Of a DNA stretch of 64,000 bases, positions 1 through 12,152 are shown one piece after another. Position 1 is the stretch's first letter; every line of letters starts with the position of its first letter. Both the position numbers and the translations under genes were made by a program. Source of the stretch: Octopus vulgaris (lineage: Eukaryota); contig OX597815.1 of the NCBI GenBank assembly GCA_951406725.2, positions 153,202,001-153,266,000 on the forward strand, written 5' to 3'. The notes beneath the pieces were generated by a model. The model saw nothing but the letters and a program-made list of their open reading frames with translations, did no database searches and was not told the origin of the DNA.

Positions 1-259
1 ATATACATACATACGCACGTACGTACATACATACATAAATACATACACATCTATCTACTTACCTAACCCTCTATGTATGCGTACATGCATGTATCTATGT
101 GTGCATGTATGTATATGTGTGCGTATGTATGTATGTATACATGCATGCATGCGTGCATGCTTGCATGTATGTTTGTATGTATGTATGTATGAATGTGTGT
201 TTGCATGTATGCATATTTCTGTCTTTCTATCTATCTACTTACGGACACACATATACACA

Positions 260-296
<37 letters not shown>

Positions 297-410
297 GTAC
301 AAACATGCATACACATATATATGTGTGTATGTGTGTGTGTGTTTGTGTGTATATTTGTGCATGAGTGTGTGTATGCGTGTGCGTGTGCGTGTGTGTGTGT
401 GTGTGTGTAG
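1..410. repeat. Compound (TACA)n/(TA)n/(TG)n microsatellite
   Basis: Read directly; explains the YIYI/CVCV pseudo-ORFs. Confidence 0.95.
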
Positions 411-583
411 GACAGTGATACGTTGAAGATTTAGAGTTTCTTTGAACAATTTTCTGGAACACTTTGTAGTTTAGATAATCAAATCAATAGCTTCACGTAC
501 TTGAAGAATTGCAATATTTTTAGGGCGTTAAATTTCGAAATTTATTCTCTTGAAAGAAAGACAGCAAGAAAGAACATATATAA

Positions 584-690
<107 letters not shown>

Positions 691-958
691 GAGAGAGAGA
701 AAGAGAGAAAGAGAAGCAGAGAAAGAGCGAGAGACAGAAAAAGACTGATACACTTTTTGCGATAGGCTGAACAAAGCTGAAGAGAACTCAAACCTTTGGT
801 AGAATAAGATATCCAATACATAGAGCTTTGGTTCCAACATATAATTTTGCATTACTTCAAGATTCATCTTCTTGTTGGATAGTTATTGTGAAACAGATAC
901 ATCATGCACTCGCTTTCACTTTTTCAACATTACCACACCACACTACACCACACTCATC

Positions 959-999
<41 letters not shown>

Positions 1000-1032
1000 T
1001 GATCAAAATAAAAACATGATGCCAAGGATTCA

Positions 1033-1110
1033 GCGGTACATATGTTTCGGGCCTTTATTAGACAGATTTATAACAATGCATAATGTATGTCTGTGGCCTT
1101 CTTCAGCCGC
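1033..1110 (-). ncRNA. Type I hammerhead ribozyme motif (left arm)
   Basis: Minus strand: GCGG-CUGAAGA-aGGCC...GGCCc-GAAA-CAUAUG-UA^CCGC. Stem I GCGG/CCGC, palindromic stem III CAUAUG, GUA triplet; A-C mismatch at the base of stem II. Confidence 0.75.
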
Positions 1111-2740
1111 GCACAACAACTTCCACAAGGACATGTGTTACATCAAAAATTCTTGGTTGGGGATGCAAATCCTCTCATTCGCGTACGACATAATGCGGCA
1201 ACAGCATAGAATTGAAGCGTCCATCTCGTTCTTCTCTCAATGTAGAATGAGGAAATTTGGATGTTGAAGTAATGTAAATAAATTAATAAATAAATACATA
1301 TATCTAGACGTGAAGGGACCTGGTAATAAGAGTAAATAAGGGTAAAGATGGAGGGGCGAGAATTCAGGACGAAGGATAAAAAATATATAAAAAGTGTAAG
1401 TATAGAAAAATATAAAAGTGAAGAGTATAAAGATATTAAGAGATATAAGGAGATATAAAGGGGATATAAAGAATATTAAAAAATATAAATGAATATAAAG
1501 GTATAAAGTTATAAAGTAAAAATAGAAATAGAAATAAAAGTAAAAATAGAAATAAAAATAAAAATAAAAATAGGAATAAAAATAATAAAAAATGTAAAAG
1601 AATATGTGTGTCCGTGTGTGCGTGTACGTGTAGACGTGAGTGCGTGATTCTTTACATGCGTTCTTATATACATCTCCTAATATCTTATATCTAAACCTGT
1701 ATGTGTGGGCATCTGTGTATGTGCATGTAAGGATGGACGTACGTATGTATAAATAGGTGTGTGTATATGCGTATGTATGTATATGTATACATGTGCATAT
1801 ATGTATGCATATGTGTATGTGTATATGTATATGTGTATGTGCGTGTGTGTGTATATATGTATATATGTATATGTACACGTATAATGTCCGTGTATATATA
1901 CGCATATTCTGTTGTATGTATGTATATATGCGCATGTGTGTGGGTGTATATGTGTTTCTGTATATGTTTACACGTGAGTACGTATGTATGCTTATATGCT
2001 TGGAGCTGTGTATGCGTGCGTATATGTGCGCGTGTATATGGGTGTATATATCCATGCTGGTATGTATGTACAAGATGACCACTTAATTCAAGGAACTAGA
2101 TTAGCTGCTCAACAGCTCTGATTTACAATACACTAAGTCCCCAGACGCCCCTGTTGATTTATTGACACCCAAAACTTCTACAACTAAATTTTGTCATTTT
2201 CCTGACCACCATGTTTGGTCCGTAACCACTATACATCCCTTATCCTTATATTCTTTTACATTTTTTGTTATTTTTATTCCTATTTTTATTTTTATTTTTA
2301 TTTCTATTTTTACTTTTATTTCTATTTCTATTTTTACTTTATAACTTTATACCTTTATATTCATTTATATTTTTTTATATTCTTTATATCCCCTTTATAT
2401 CTCCTTATATCTCTTTATATCTTTATACTCTACACTTTTATATTTTTCTATACTTACACTTTTTATATATTTTTTATCCTTCGTCCTGAATTCTCGCCCC
2501 TCCATCTTTACCCCTATTTACTCTTATTACCAGGTCCCTTCACGTCTATATATGTATTTATTTATTAATTTATTTACATTACTTCAACATCCAAATTTCC
2601 TCATTCTACATTGAGAGAAGAACGAGATGGACGCTTCAATTCTATGCTGTTGCCGCATTATGTCGTACGCGAATGAGAGGATTTGCATCCCCAACCAAGA
2701 ATTTTTGATGTAACACATGTCCTTGTGGAAGTTGTTGTGC

Positions 2741-2818
2741 GCGGCTGAAGAAAGCCACAGACATACATTATGCATTGTTATAAATCTGTCTAATAAAGGC
2801 CCGAAACATATGTACCGC
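2741..2818 (+). ncRNA. Type I hammerhead ribozyme motif (right arm)
   Basis: GCGG(2741) CTGAAGA(2745-2751) AAGCC...GGCCC GAAA(2803) CATATG TA^(2814) CCGC; one extra mismatch in stem II compared with the left copy. Confidence 0.7.
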
Positions 2819-2949
2819 TGAATCCTTGGCATCATGTTTTTATTTTGATCAATTTACTCCACCACCTACACCACCAAACGGTATATACAGGTGCTTACAA
2901 TTATCAAGTACTCACCCCGAATTTCTATATATATATATATATATATATA

Positions 2950-3357
2950 CTCTATTTTACTTGCTTCAGTCATTTGACTATGGCCATGCTGGAGCACCGC
3001 CTTTAATTGAGCAAATCGACCCCAGGACGTATTCTTTGTAAGCCTAGTACTTATTTTATCGGTCTCTTTTGCCGAACCGCTAAGTCACGGGGACGTCAAC
3101 ATACCAACATCGGTTGTCAAGCGATGTTGGGGGTACAAACACAGACACACAGACATATACACACACACATACATATATACATCCATATACATATATACGA
3201 CGGGCTTCTTTCAGTTTCCGTCTACAAAATACACTCCCAAGTCTTTGGTCGGCCCGAGGCTATAGTAGAAGACACTTGCTCAAGGTACCACGTAGTGGGA
3301 CTGAACCCGAACCATGTGGTTAGTAAGCAAGCTACTTACCACACAGCCACTCCTACG

Positions 3358-3360
<3 letters not shown>
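2950..3360 (-). mobile_element. tRNA-derived SINE, family A (octopus-type), in (TA)n
   Basis: Minus-strand head AGGCGTAGGAGTGGCTGTGTGG (A box) ... GGTTCAGTCCC (B box), then CCTTGAGCAAGTGTCTT core and tail ...ATGACTGAAGCAAGTAAAA; many copies in the window. Confidence 0.9.
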
Positions 3361-3397
<37 letters not shown>

Positions 3398-3434
3398 TGT
3401 TTGTTTTTATGTTCAGTTATAGCAGGGTACAAAT

Positions 3435-3960
3435 TATATTATTCCTCATATAAGAAGGTTATTAATAGTAACTTTGAAGCTTCGGCCAGCTAAGCTATCA
3501 TCAGAGTTAGAATCATCTTTTGGATGTGTGTTTGAGTGGGGGTCATAAATGAGTTTTCATGGAAAGGTATTAAGGGCTTAAATACTAGACTTTGTACTTT
3601 GATCTTCATATTGTCAAAGCAAAAGGATTGAAACCACTAATACCAAAAGCAAAAAAGTTACTGACTGTCACACCTTCTACCAACCTGACAAAACAGAAAC
3701 ACCTAGAGGCTTGTTTACAGGAATAAATTCTCAACAATAACATAAACCCAAATTTAATCAATAAAAATGTTTCAAAAACGTCTTCCCATAAAAATCCAAT
3801 TACCATTCACTTAAACCCACACATCCACCGATGATTTTAACTCAGCAGAAACTATATTAAAGTTAAAACTAATTCCAACGCATCGCAGTCCGATGATGGC
3901 TAAGCTGGGTAAAGCTTCGAAGTCACTGTCAACAACATTCTTGTGTGAGAATAATATATA
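3435..3960. mobile_element. Degraded Penelope-like 3' end with diverged inverted duplication (3435-3565 vs 3785-3960), two degenerate hammerheads
   Basis: Plus frame CLQE*ILNNNINPNLINK resembles the PLE C-terminus. CAGT-CCGATGA...AAAG-CTTCGAA-GTC-ACTG at 3886-3928(+); CTGATGA...GAAG-CTTCAAAGTT at ~3469-3508(-). Confidence 0.55.
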
Positions 3961-4312
3961 TATATATGTTTGCATGTATGCATATTTATGTCTTTCTATC
4001 TATCTACTTATGGACACACATATACACATGCATATATATATATATATATTTATATGTACAAACATGCACACACATATATATGTGTGTATGTGTGTGTGTG
4101 TGTTTGTGTGTATATGTGTGCATGAATAATATATATATATATATATATATGTACATATATATATATATAACAGTTGCTGTGTGGAAGGTGTTTATAAGCC
4201 ATTTAAGAAACACAAAACTGTTAGATTCACTTCAACATTTAAATTTAATTTGCCAAAATATTTTCTTCGCTTTGAGACCGCGATCTGTTCACTGAAAAAA
4301 ATCCGTGCTGCA

Positions 4313-4352
<40 letters not shown>

Positions 4353-4402
4353 ATATATATATATATATATCTTACTAGTGAATGCGTGTTTATAATGTTA
4401 CA

Positions 4403-4561
4403 CTGGGTTTCTCGCCGTAAAGAGTATCTTTATGGCGTATCATCAGACCCTAAGACTTGTTGGATTCCATACTTTAAAGATGCCATAGGCCGACAAGTCT
4501 TAGGGTCTGATGATACGAAAATAAAGATACTCTTTAAGGCGAGAAACCCAGGGCTACCCTA
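4403..4561. ncRNA. Hairpin of two inverted hammerhead-like motifs (arms 4403-4463 and 4490-4551)
   Basis: Plus copy TAGGGT-CTGATGA-...-GAAA-CCCAGGG-CT-ACCCTA has a 6-bp stem I but a GCU triplet; the minus copy keeps GUA and a long stem II. Confidence 0.6.
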
Positions 4562-4669
4562 TAAACAGGCCTTCACCAGTAATAAGTGTAGACTGCTCTA
4601 CTTCTTAGACTGTGCTTCTCCGTTTTTATGGTTTTCTACAAAAAATAAACGGTATATATATATATAATG

Positions 4670-5097
4670 AGAATTTACAAAGAAACAAAAGACGTAGGCG
4701 GTGTGTAAACAACAAACATATGTATTAGTTTAACGCTCGGGAAGTGAGAAAGTCTTTTACGTTTCGAGTCTACGCTCTTCGACAGAAATGAAGGTGGCGA
4801 ACTGGCAGAAACGTTAGCACACCGGGAGAAATGCCTAGTGGTATTTCGTCTGTCTTTACGTTCTGAGTTCAAATTCCGCCGAGGTCGACTTTGCCTTTCA
4901 TCCTTTCGTTGTCGATAAATTAAGTACCAGTTACGCACTGGAGTCGATGTAATCGACTTAATGCCTATGTCTATCCTTGTTTGCCTCCTCTACGTTTAGC
5001 CCCTTGTGGGCAATAAAGAAATAAAAAAGGAACACAGAAATAAACGGGGAGAGAAAATAGAAAAAGGTTTAGTGGCAAGCGATCTATCAAGGCGAAT
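4670..5097 (-). mobile_element. Penelope-like pLTR-type repeat with a minimal hammerhead-like motif (4753-4788), interrupted by a SINE
   Basis: Minus strand TCGAAGA-GCGTAGACTC-GAAAC-GTA-AAAGA; a related degenerate copy lies at ~42645-42855. Confidence 0.45.
4790..5027 (+). mobile_element. tRNA-derived SINE with Nin/Deu-like central domain (family C)
   Basis: GGCGAACTGGCAGAA (A box), GAGTTCAAATTCC (B box), GGTCGACTTTGCCTTTCATCCTTTCG..GTCGATAAATTAAGTACCAG central domain, A-rich tail. Confidence 0.8.
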
Positions 5098-6247
5098 ATA
5101 TATATATATATATATATAGGAGAATTTGTTTTTGAAAATGTACTTGAATTTGAAAAACTTGTAGATGTTTTTAAATGGATTTATTTACATATTTACCAAA
5201 CTAGTTTCAACAATACACATACATATTCATATATTGCAGATATCCTAGGTTTCCTGTTAGCAGGGCTAGCCTGTAAATATACGTTTAGTCGGTGATATAT
5301 CTGACTCTATTTTGACTGTAAGACGAAGGGATGCCGAGACACAACATAGATCAAAGAGCGAATTTGATTATATGGAGCCTACTAGATCTTGGAGACTTAG
5401 ATGTTAGAAAATCACCTTTCAGTATGAATATGTCTACTAATATAGTTGCTTCTTAATGTTTTGCATTTTATCCTCCCAGAGTCGCTAAAGGTTTTTTTCT
5501 TTTTCTTCTCCAAACGGCTGCAAACGAGATGCGTTTTGTAACGCACCGCCATGGCACTCTTGCTCTTTGTTAGCACTTTAATTTCATGTTGTGTAACTGC
5601 CAAATAACATCAATGTTATTGTTATCTATTAAAATACAGAAGCCTCCAAAATATAATATCCTGTATGCCCATATGTAGTACGATAAACATGACTAGCAAA
5701 GCATACACTGCACTGGGTAACTATAGTACATGTAGTGGAGGTGGAGGACGTGTTTGTAAATCTCTTTATAGATCTTATGCGCATGTCAAGAAATGTTTCC
5801 AGCTCAGATGGGCAGCCTGATGTACGTACCACCAAGGCGATCAACGTTGTTGTCGTTGGTGGTGGTGGTGGTGGTGGTGTCGTCATCATCATCATCATTA
5901 CCATCACCATCATCATTGTCATCATCAACATCACTATTTTTATTATGGCAAACTGTAAAGTTGTTCTGGAGTTAGCTACACAGAGAATTTATGATATGAG
6001 ACGGAGAAGTGATAAACATTGACAAGAGCAAAATATTGTATAAATTAAACACGTAACTAGTAAACGAGTAAGCAACAGATAAACATTACAAGTTATCCAA
6101 TTTCACAGTATTATAACAATAAAATTACCTTCAGATAATTCCATCATTAATACTCATATTTACATACCTACAAGCACATATACATATACATATACATATA
6201 CATACATATGTGTGTGTACAGGTAAATATGTGCATATATTTGTTTAA

Positions 6248-6348
<101 letters not shown>

Positions 6349-6589
6349 CATACATACACGCACACATACACACATACAGATCTTTTTTTTTATGTTTGTG
6401 TTTTCCTAACTTCAATGCTATCGAGTTCGACTATAAACTTAACTTATTATAACTCGTTCAACGATATAAACATTTTCTAACAAAAATAAAAACCAAATGA
6501 AACATAAAACTCGTCCCAAGCCTCGGATTCTATGAAGCAAAAAAATGTTTATTATGGAATAGACGAAAAAGTTACAGAAACTAATATAT

Positions 6590-6838
6590 ACCTACCTACC
6601 TGCATACATACATACATACATACATATTAATACATATGTACATATTAATACACATACATATTAATACATACATGCATGCATACATACATGTTGATACATT
6701 CATACATATATGCATGTATAAGTACATATATACTTGCCTGCATATCTTCATACATACATACTAATACATTCATACATATATACATACATTAATACCTATA
6801 TACATACATACCAATACATACATACATACATACATACA

Positions 6839-6869
<31 letters not shown>

Positions 6870-6948
6870 GTACGTACATACATACATACATACATACATA
6901 CATACATACATACATACATACATACATACATACATACATACATACATA
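6590..6948. repeat. (TACA)n microsatellite
   Basis: Read directly. Confidence 0.95.
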
Positions 6949-6949
6949 G

Positions 6950-7085
6950 TTATATACAGCTAAAAATGAGCCAAAAGGAAAATACCTACGCTGATCTATT
7001 GAGGAATCTACAGCTATTCTATCGAGATTACAAGTCCAGGTTTATACCTGTAATTATTGGAGCACTGGGATATGTAACATTACTG
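6950..7085 (+). mobile_element. Fragment of REL-endonuclease non-LTR retrotransposon ((TACA)n-associated family)
   Basis: KENTYADLLRNLQLFYRDYKSRFIPVIIGALGYV; homologous to 29412-29720 and 30030-30330. Confidence 0.75.
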
Positions 7086-7089
7086 ATCT

Positions 7090-7600
7090 CTATATCTCAC
7101 TCCAAGAAAACGAGCATTGGAGTATCAACACGCTGTACGTTAACGAACAGCCGCAAGAGAGGTAAGCCCTGTTTATTGTGCAACAACATGAGTGAAGTGA
7201 ATTCCATCAGTAATCATAACAGAATTGTTATGATTTATACAGAAGGTGGAACATGCAAGGATTTCCATTTGGTGTACGCTGCAGAATGCACGAAACACAA
7301 CTTAATTTATGTTGGTTGTTCAACAGAACAATTAAACAAAACGTTTAATGGGCACAGATTCGACGTCAGGCACAATAACAGTAGTTCGACAGAATTTGCC
7401 GAACATTTCGTTTCAAGCGGCTGCAATTTTGAAGAAGACTTGAAAGTGCATATTCTCAGAATATATTCTGAATCTGCTTCACTTTCACCTTTCAGAATGC
7501 ATGAGGAGTAATATGTTTGCGAGTTATTAACATCACGCCCTGGAGGAATGAATAAGATGACAGGAGAATATCATCAAATTTATACAAAACTGTTTGATTA
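7090..7600 (+). mobile_element. Penelope-like element GIY-YIG endonuclease remnant
   Basis: CLLC...TC..HLVYAAEC...IYVG...LNKTFNGHR...EFAEHF...E*...RPGGMNK: zinc-finger linker plus GIY-YIG motifs, one stop codon. Confidence 0.85.
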
Positions 7601-7689
7601 AATATTCTTCTTTCTCTCTTTTTCTTTCCTTTTTTTCTGTTTTTTTCTGTCGCTTTCTTTTCGCCTGTTATAAAATTGTAACTTAAAAA

Positions 7690-7815
7690 CTGATGATGTC
7701 ATTCCATCAGCGTGTGGACGCTGGTTGCTCTCGTTCATACTTTACGTTTAAATTTCTGTAATTTTGAATTTTTATCACTTTTTATTTTGAACTTGACAAA
7801 AACAGACGTACTGTT
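7690..7815 (+). ncRNA. Degenerate hammerhead-like motif in the PLE 3' UTR
   Basis: CTGATGA-TGTCA...TGACA-AAAAC(for GAAAC)-AGAC-GTA; position just downstream of the GIY-YIG ORF supports the call. Confidence 0.4.
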
Positions 7816-7885
7816 CAAATATCGTTCAACTAATAAAATATTTTACAATCGAATGGCGCTCTTCGTCTTCACTATTATTATTATA

Positions 7886-7967
<82 letters not shown>

Positions 7968-8720
7968 TGATTCTCGCTGTTTTGTTTGCGGTTGGCCTTT
8001 ACTTGAAAGCAAGCAATAACAAATCACCAAATGTTTCAAGTAGTGCCTTCTCCCGTGACTCAAAGAGACAATACTCTCCTTAGAATGCCAGCTGTACCCA
8101 ACAATGCTGTCTTCTGGATCACTTCGAGCATGACAGCTGATCCTATATTCTTAATATGTTTTTCAAAGCCCTTGGAAACTGCTCGTAATGCTCCAATTAC
8201 CACCGGTATCACAATTACGTTCCTTCCTCATGCCCTATAACTTTCCTATCTCGTCCCGCATTGGCTGGTATTTCTCACTCTTTTCTGTTTCCTTACATTT
8301 CATCCTCGAATCGCCTGCTATAATAACATCCATTATCTTTTTTTTTTCCTCTTTATGGATGATCACGATATCTGGCCGTCTCGCCGCTATGATTTGATCG
8401 CACTGTATTTTGTAATGTTCGTTTTCCATTACTCCTTCTGGCTTGTGTTCATACTATTGTTCGGCTCTCTCGGGGTTTGCTTTACCACACAACAGCCAGT
8501 GGACATATCTGGCCATATTGTCATGTCGCCTTTTGTATTCACGTTGTGCCAGCTTACAGCACTCACTAACAATATGGCTTATACTTTCTCCCTTCTCAGA
8601 GTACATCCTGTACCGTGGCAAGTCAGCACTTTTATCGATGTTATATTTAGAGTAGTTTGTTCTGAGAGCTTGTTCTTGAGCGCTACACACTAATGCCTCA
8701 GAGGGCCCTTTTAAGCCCCC
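7968..8720 (-). mobile_element. 5'-truncated R4/Dong-like LINE 3' end
   Basis: AQEQALRTN, HIVSECCKLAQREYKRRHD, RRPDIV...D...EKSEKY; 3' end followed by the (CAA)n/(TAA)n run at 7872-7965. Confidence 0.85.
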
Positions 8721-8872
8721 TCCTCCTCCTCCTCCTTCTTCTTCTTCTTCTTCTTCTTCTTCTTCTTCTTTTTCTTCTTCTTCTTCTTTTTCTTCTTCTT
8801 CTTCTTTTTCTTCTTCTTCTTCTTCTTCTTCGTTTTCTTCTTCTTTTTCTTCTTCTTCTTCTTCTTCTTCTC

Positions 8873-8928
<56 letters not shown>

Positions 8929-9368
8929 GAGTGAGCGAGCAGAGCATGCCATCAAAGTGACACTGGGGTAAAATATACGAAGCCCAGTATACCCATCATG
9001 ACTACCCGTCTGATAAGGGTACACCAGGCACATGCATCACAACCATATGTGCGCAACATGGTGATCTCATATCAAGATAAACAGCACATGACCTTGCAGG
9101 TGGAGCCCAGTTAGAATTTTCTTCAGATCGAGTAACCCATCCCGCTCAAAAGGTCCCTGAATAAGGGTTGTTTAAGGACGTTGAACGAAACACCCATGTT
9201 TCCAGAGGTGAATTATTCAAACCCCAAAGAATCCTTCTCAACACATGGCTATGATGCTCCCCCACTACTTCTGCTCGTGATCAGAGATGCACATTTCGTC
9301 AGCCACTAAGGGACATGCTCAACTGGTTATGGTCAAACAACTGACAAGCAAATCTGTGGTATTGAGCA
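8929..9368 (-). mobile_element. 5'-truncated copy of the ~550-bp non-coding (TAA)n-inserted element
   Basis: Reverse complement of 51040-51484; flanked by (TTA)n on both sides. Confidence 0.85.
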
Positions 9369-9389
9369 ATTATTATTATTATTATTATC

Positions 9390-10010
9390 CATGGTGAGCA
9401 CGAAAGTTTTACATTCAGAATCAATGTTCTTGTTACCGGGTCACACCCAGTTTCCTTAGATATCGAAGATCTTTCTTACAATACTTGCTATACCCAACAG
9501 AGCAGGTTTCGGAATTCATGCGACCCTGGTAGTTACACCAATGTCAATAAGGGAGCTGTCAAGTCTGTTGGTGACAGTATCTAGGGCACCTAGAACAACT
9601 GACATTACCTTTGTAGAAACCCTCCATCGCCGTTGTATTTCCCGAGCCGAAACCTGATATTTTCCTCTTTTTCTTCTAAGCCAAGAATCTTCCTAAGTAT
9701 TCTAGCTGTCCTTAAAAACATTGTCTGTTGGAGCTGCACTAAACTAGATTTCATGCGCGTTTCTTCTATCCATCTATTCAAATCTGTAGGAATAGTTCCC
9801 AATACACCTATAACTACAGGGATACATTTACTCGCACTTTCCATAGTCTCTGTAATTCAATGGCTAGCTCTGGTACTTTGCTATTTTCTCAATACCTGTC
9901 ATATTCACTTTATCACCATTTGGGACTCTAAAGTCAATTAACTGGCATCTTCTTTTCTCTTTGTCAGGCCTCCTAGCTTCTATTATTCTGTCAGTCTGAC
10001 TTATTAATTT
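9390..10010 (-). mobile_element. Two adjacent degraded R4/Dong-like REL C-terminal fragments (9390-9606, 9640-10010)
   Basis: VVLGAL...ALLG.A.IVRK and ARRPD...LIDF...EKIAKY / IPVVIGVLG...ARILRKIL. Confidence 0.7.
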
Positions 10011-10036
10011 TATCGTCATCATCATCATCATCATCA

Positions 10037-10104
<68 letters not shown>

Positions 10105-10169
10105 GTCGTCGTCGTCGTCGTCGTCATCATCATCATCATCATCATAATCTTCTTCTTCTTCTTCAATAG

Positions 10170-11140
10170 TATCATTTTTATCACGTGCTTCACTGCACTA
10201 CCGAGCGAAGCCCTGTGTGCCTTGAGTATGTGCTGTAGTTTGTTGTGGTGCTCTCATTTTCACAGTTTTGAATGTGCTTTACGTAGGACGTGTGCAGTGC
10301 CTAGCATGGCTATTTTCTGTATGTTATAGATATTCGTAAATCCTGGTGTTTTGGTATATATTTGTTAAAAGGCATCTTTTTCTTGATTAATAACTAATAA
10401 CTACACCCAATCTATTAGCCTTGATTTCTCTATCTATATGTATTCGCATATCCCAGAACATGATTGCTTTCTCCTTTTCTGAATTTTTTTCTGGCGTGTG
10501 CCTATGCCATCTATTTTTCTGTTGTCGTTCCATAGCGTTGGCATAGATCCAGTGTATATAGGTCCCAACTCTGTCATATCTGTGAATACATTCTTTCTTA
10601 GCCAAGCCTGGGCAACCAGAGCCAATATGATTTATTGTTGCTTCCTCGTCACCACATATTCTGCAGTTACTTATATATTTTTTCATAGTGTGCTCTTGGT
10701 GATTTCTGCTGGGAAGGCTTTGATCTTATTCTACAATTAAAAATCCTTTAGTCTCTGCTTTGAGTCCCGAGCTTCTCAGCCATTGTTCTGATTTTACTTT
10801 GTCTATTTCTTTTCTGTTTAGTTTATCCCATTATTTACCATGTAAGGGCTTTTCTTGCCATCGTTTTATCATGATACTTTGTTGTTCCATTTTAGTTTGG
10901 ATATCAGTTTTACAGCTTTTGTTGATTCTTCCTATTTTTTCATAGCTGTCAGGTATTATGATTTCTTTCTTGTATTTTTCAGCTTCCTTAAAGACAGAAA
11001 ACAGTTTTCTTTTTGTTTTGCTCATGTTCTGTGGTTACTTGTACCAGTTTTCCTTGTTTCTGAATTAGGATTAGGTATTTCTGTAATCCTATAGTGGCTA
11101 TTAATTTTCTAGCTAAATAAGGCCTCTACCACCTTCAATA
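10170..11140 (-). mobile_element. R4/Dong-like LINE 3' part, degraded
   Basis: IKRWQEKPLHGK, CRICGDEEATINH, HRYDRVGTYIHW; same family and 3' UTR as 46452-48303. Confidence 0.9.
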
Positions 11141-11329
11141 TATTGTATATATAATCTTTCCAGCTAACAAATAAAATAAACTCTCTTGTAACAAGAGTAT
11201 TTCAGAAATTTCAGCAGTCCTTACGTTGTTTCACATTAAGCCAACATTTGTTATTTCTATGACAGAACTTTTGGTGCATCCAAAATCTGACATATATATA
11301 CAACGTACTGAATGTGTTATTGTTGTTGT

Positions 11330-11505
11330 AAAGGCGGTGAGGTTGCAGAATTGTTACTGCGTCTGACAACATTTCGACCGTCCTTACATTATGAATTCAA
11401 GTTCATTCTCGTTCGATAAAATATCTACCAATCAAGCACTAGGGTCGATGTAATCGACTATCCTCCTCTCTTGAATTTAATGGTTTTGTGCCAAAATTTG
11501 AAATC
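11330..11505 (+). mobile_element. Degraded SINE family C
   Basis: AAGGCGGTGAGGTTGCAGAA head and GGGTCGATGTAATCGACTA motif. Confidence 0.6.
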
Positions 11506-11534
11506 ATCATTATCATTATTAGTGTTGTCATTGT

Positions 11535-11721
11535 TCTTCTTCTTCTTCTTCTTCTTCTTCTTCTTCTTCTTCTTCTTCTTCTTCTTCTTCTTCTTCTTCT
11601 TCTTCTTCTTCTTCTTCTTCTTCTTCTTCTTCTTCTTCTTCTTCTTCTTTTTCTTCTTCTTCTTCTTCTTCTTCTTCTTCTTCTTCTTCTTCTTCTTCTT
11701 CTTCTTCTTCTTCTTCTTCTT
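11535..11721. repeat. (TTC)n microsatellite, probable (GAA)n tail of the adjacent SINE
   Basis: Read directly. Confidence 0.95.
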
Positions 11722-12152
11722 CCATCAGGACTCACGCCATTAGCCACAGAGAATAATCTCTAATTCGAGCCTACTCTAAGCTGCTAAGAATGCGTGTGGC
11801 AACTGGAAGATCCAACCACCACACGCGATAAACTGGGTGTTGCACGGGCGCGAAAGCTATGTTGTTATCCTCATTCCGTAAACGGTGGCTTTTACCCCAT
11901 CCTGGGGTACAGAGGATTCGCAATCTAGACTAGAGTCTGAAAGTTTACCACACCATATTGGGTTACACCATGGTTCCTCTGCTTTGTGGTAGAAGTAGGA
12001 AAGAAAATTGTGGTGAAAGAGTACAACGGATTTTAATTCCAACCCCCGCAGCCTCGTGGAGCTCAGGCGTTTTTGCTCAATAAACACTCACAATGCCCGG
12101 CCTGGGAAACGAAACCGCGTTCTTACGACCTAACCTATGGGCCATTGCACCT
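11722..12152 (-). mobile_element. Probable tRNA-derived SINE with (GAA)n tail
   Basis: Minus head AGGTGCAATGGCCCATAGGTTAGG..TCGTAAG..GCGGTTTCGTTTCCC (A/B-box-like) followed by GTGTTTATTGAGCAAAAAC. Confidence 0.55.

Larger units (their letters stand above)
995..2856. repeat. Long inverted repeat: arms 995-1605 and 2248-2856 (~610 bp, near-identical), ~640-bp spacer; probable Penelope-like inverted pseudo-LTR
   Basis: ORFs 1016-1267(+) and 2584-2835(-) translate almost identically; arm ends TAAATTGATC and GATCAATTTA are reverse complements; each arm carries a hammerhead motif. Confidence 0.9.

Noticed and set aside
1016-1267. Duplicated 83-aa ORF as a gene pair
   Set aside because: It is the antisense reading of the hammerhead-bearing inverted-repeat arms; no protein motif.
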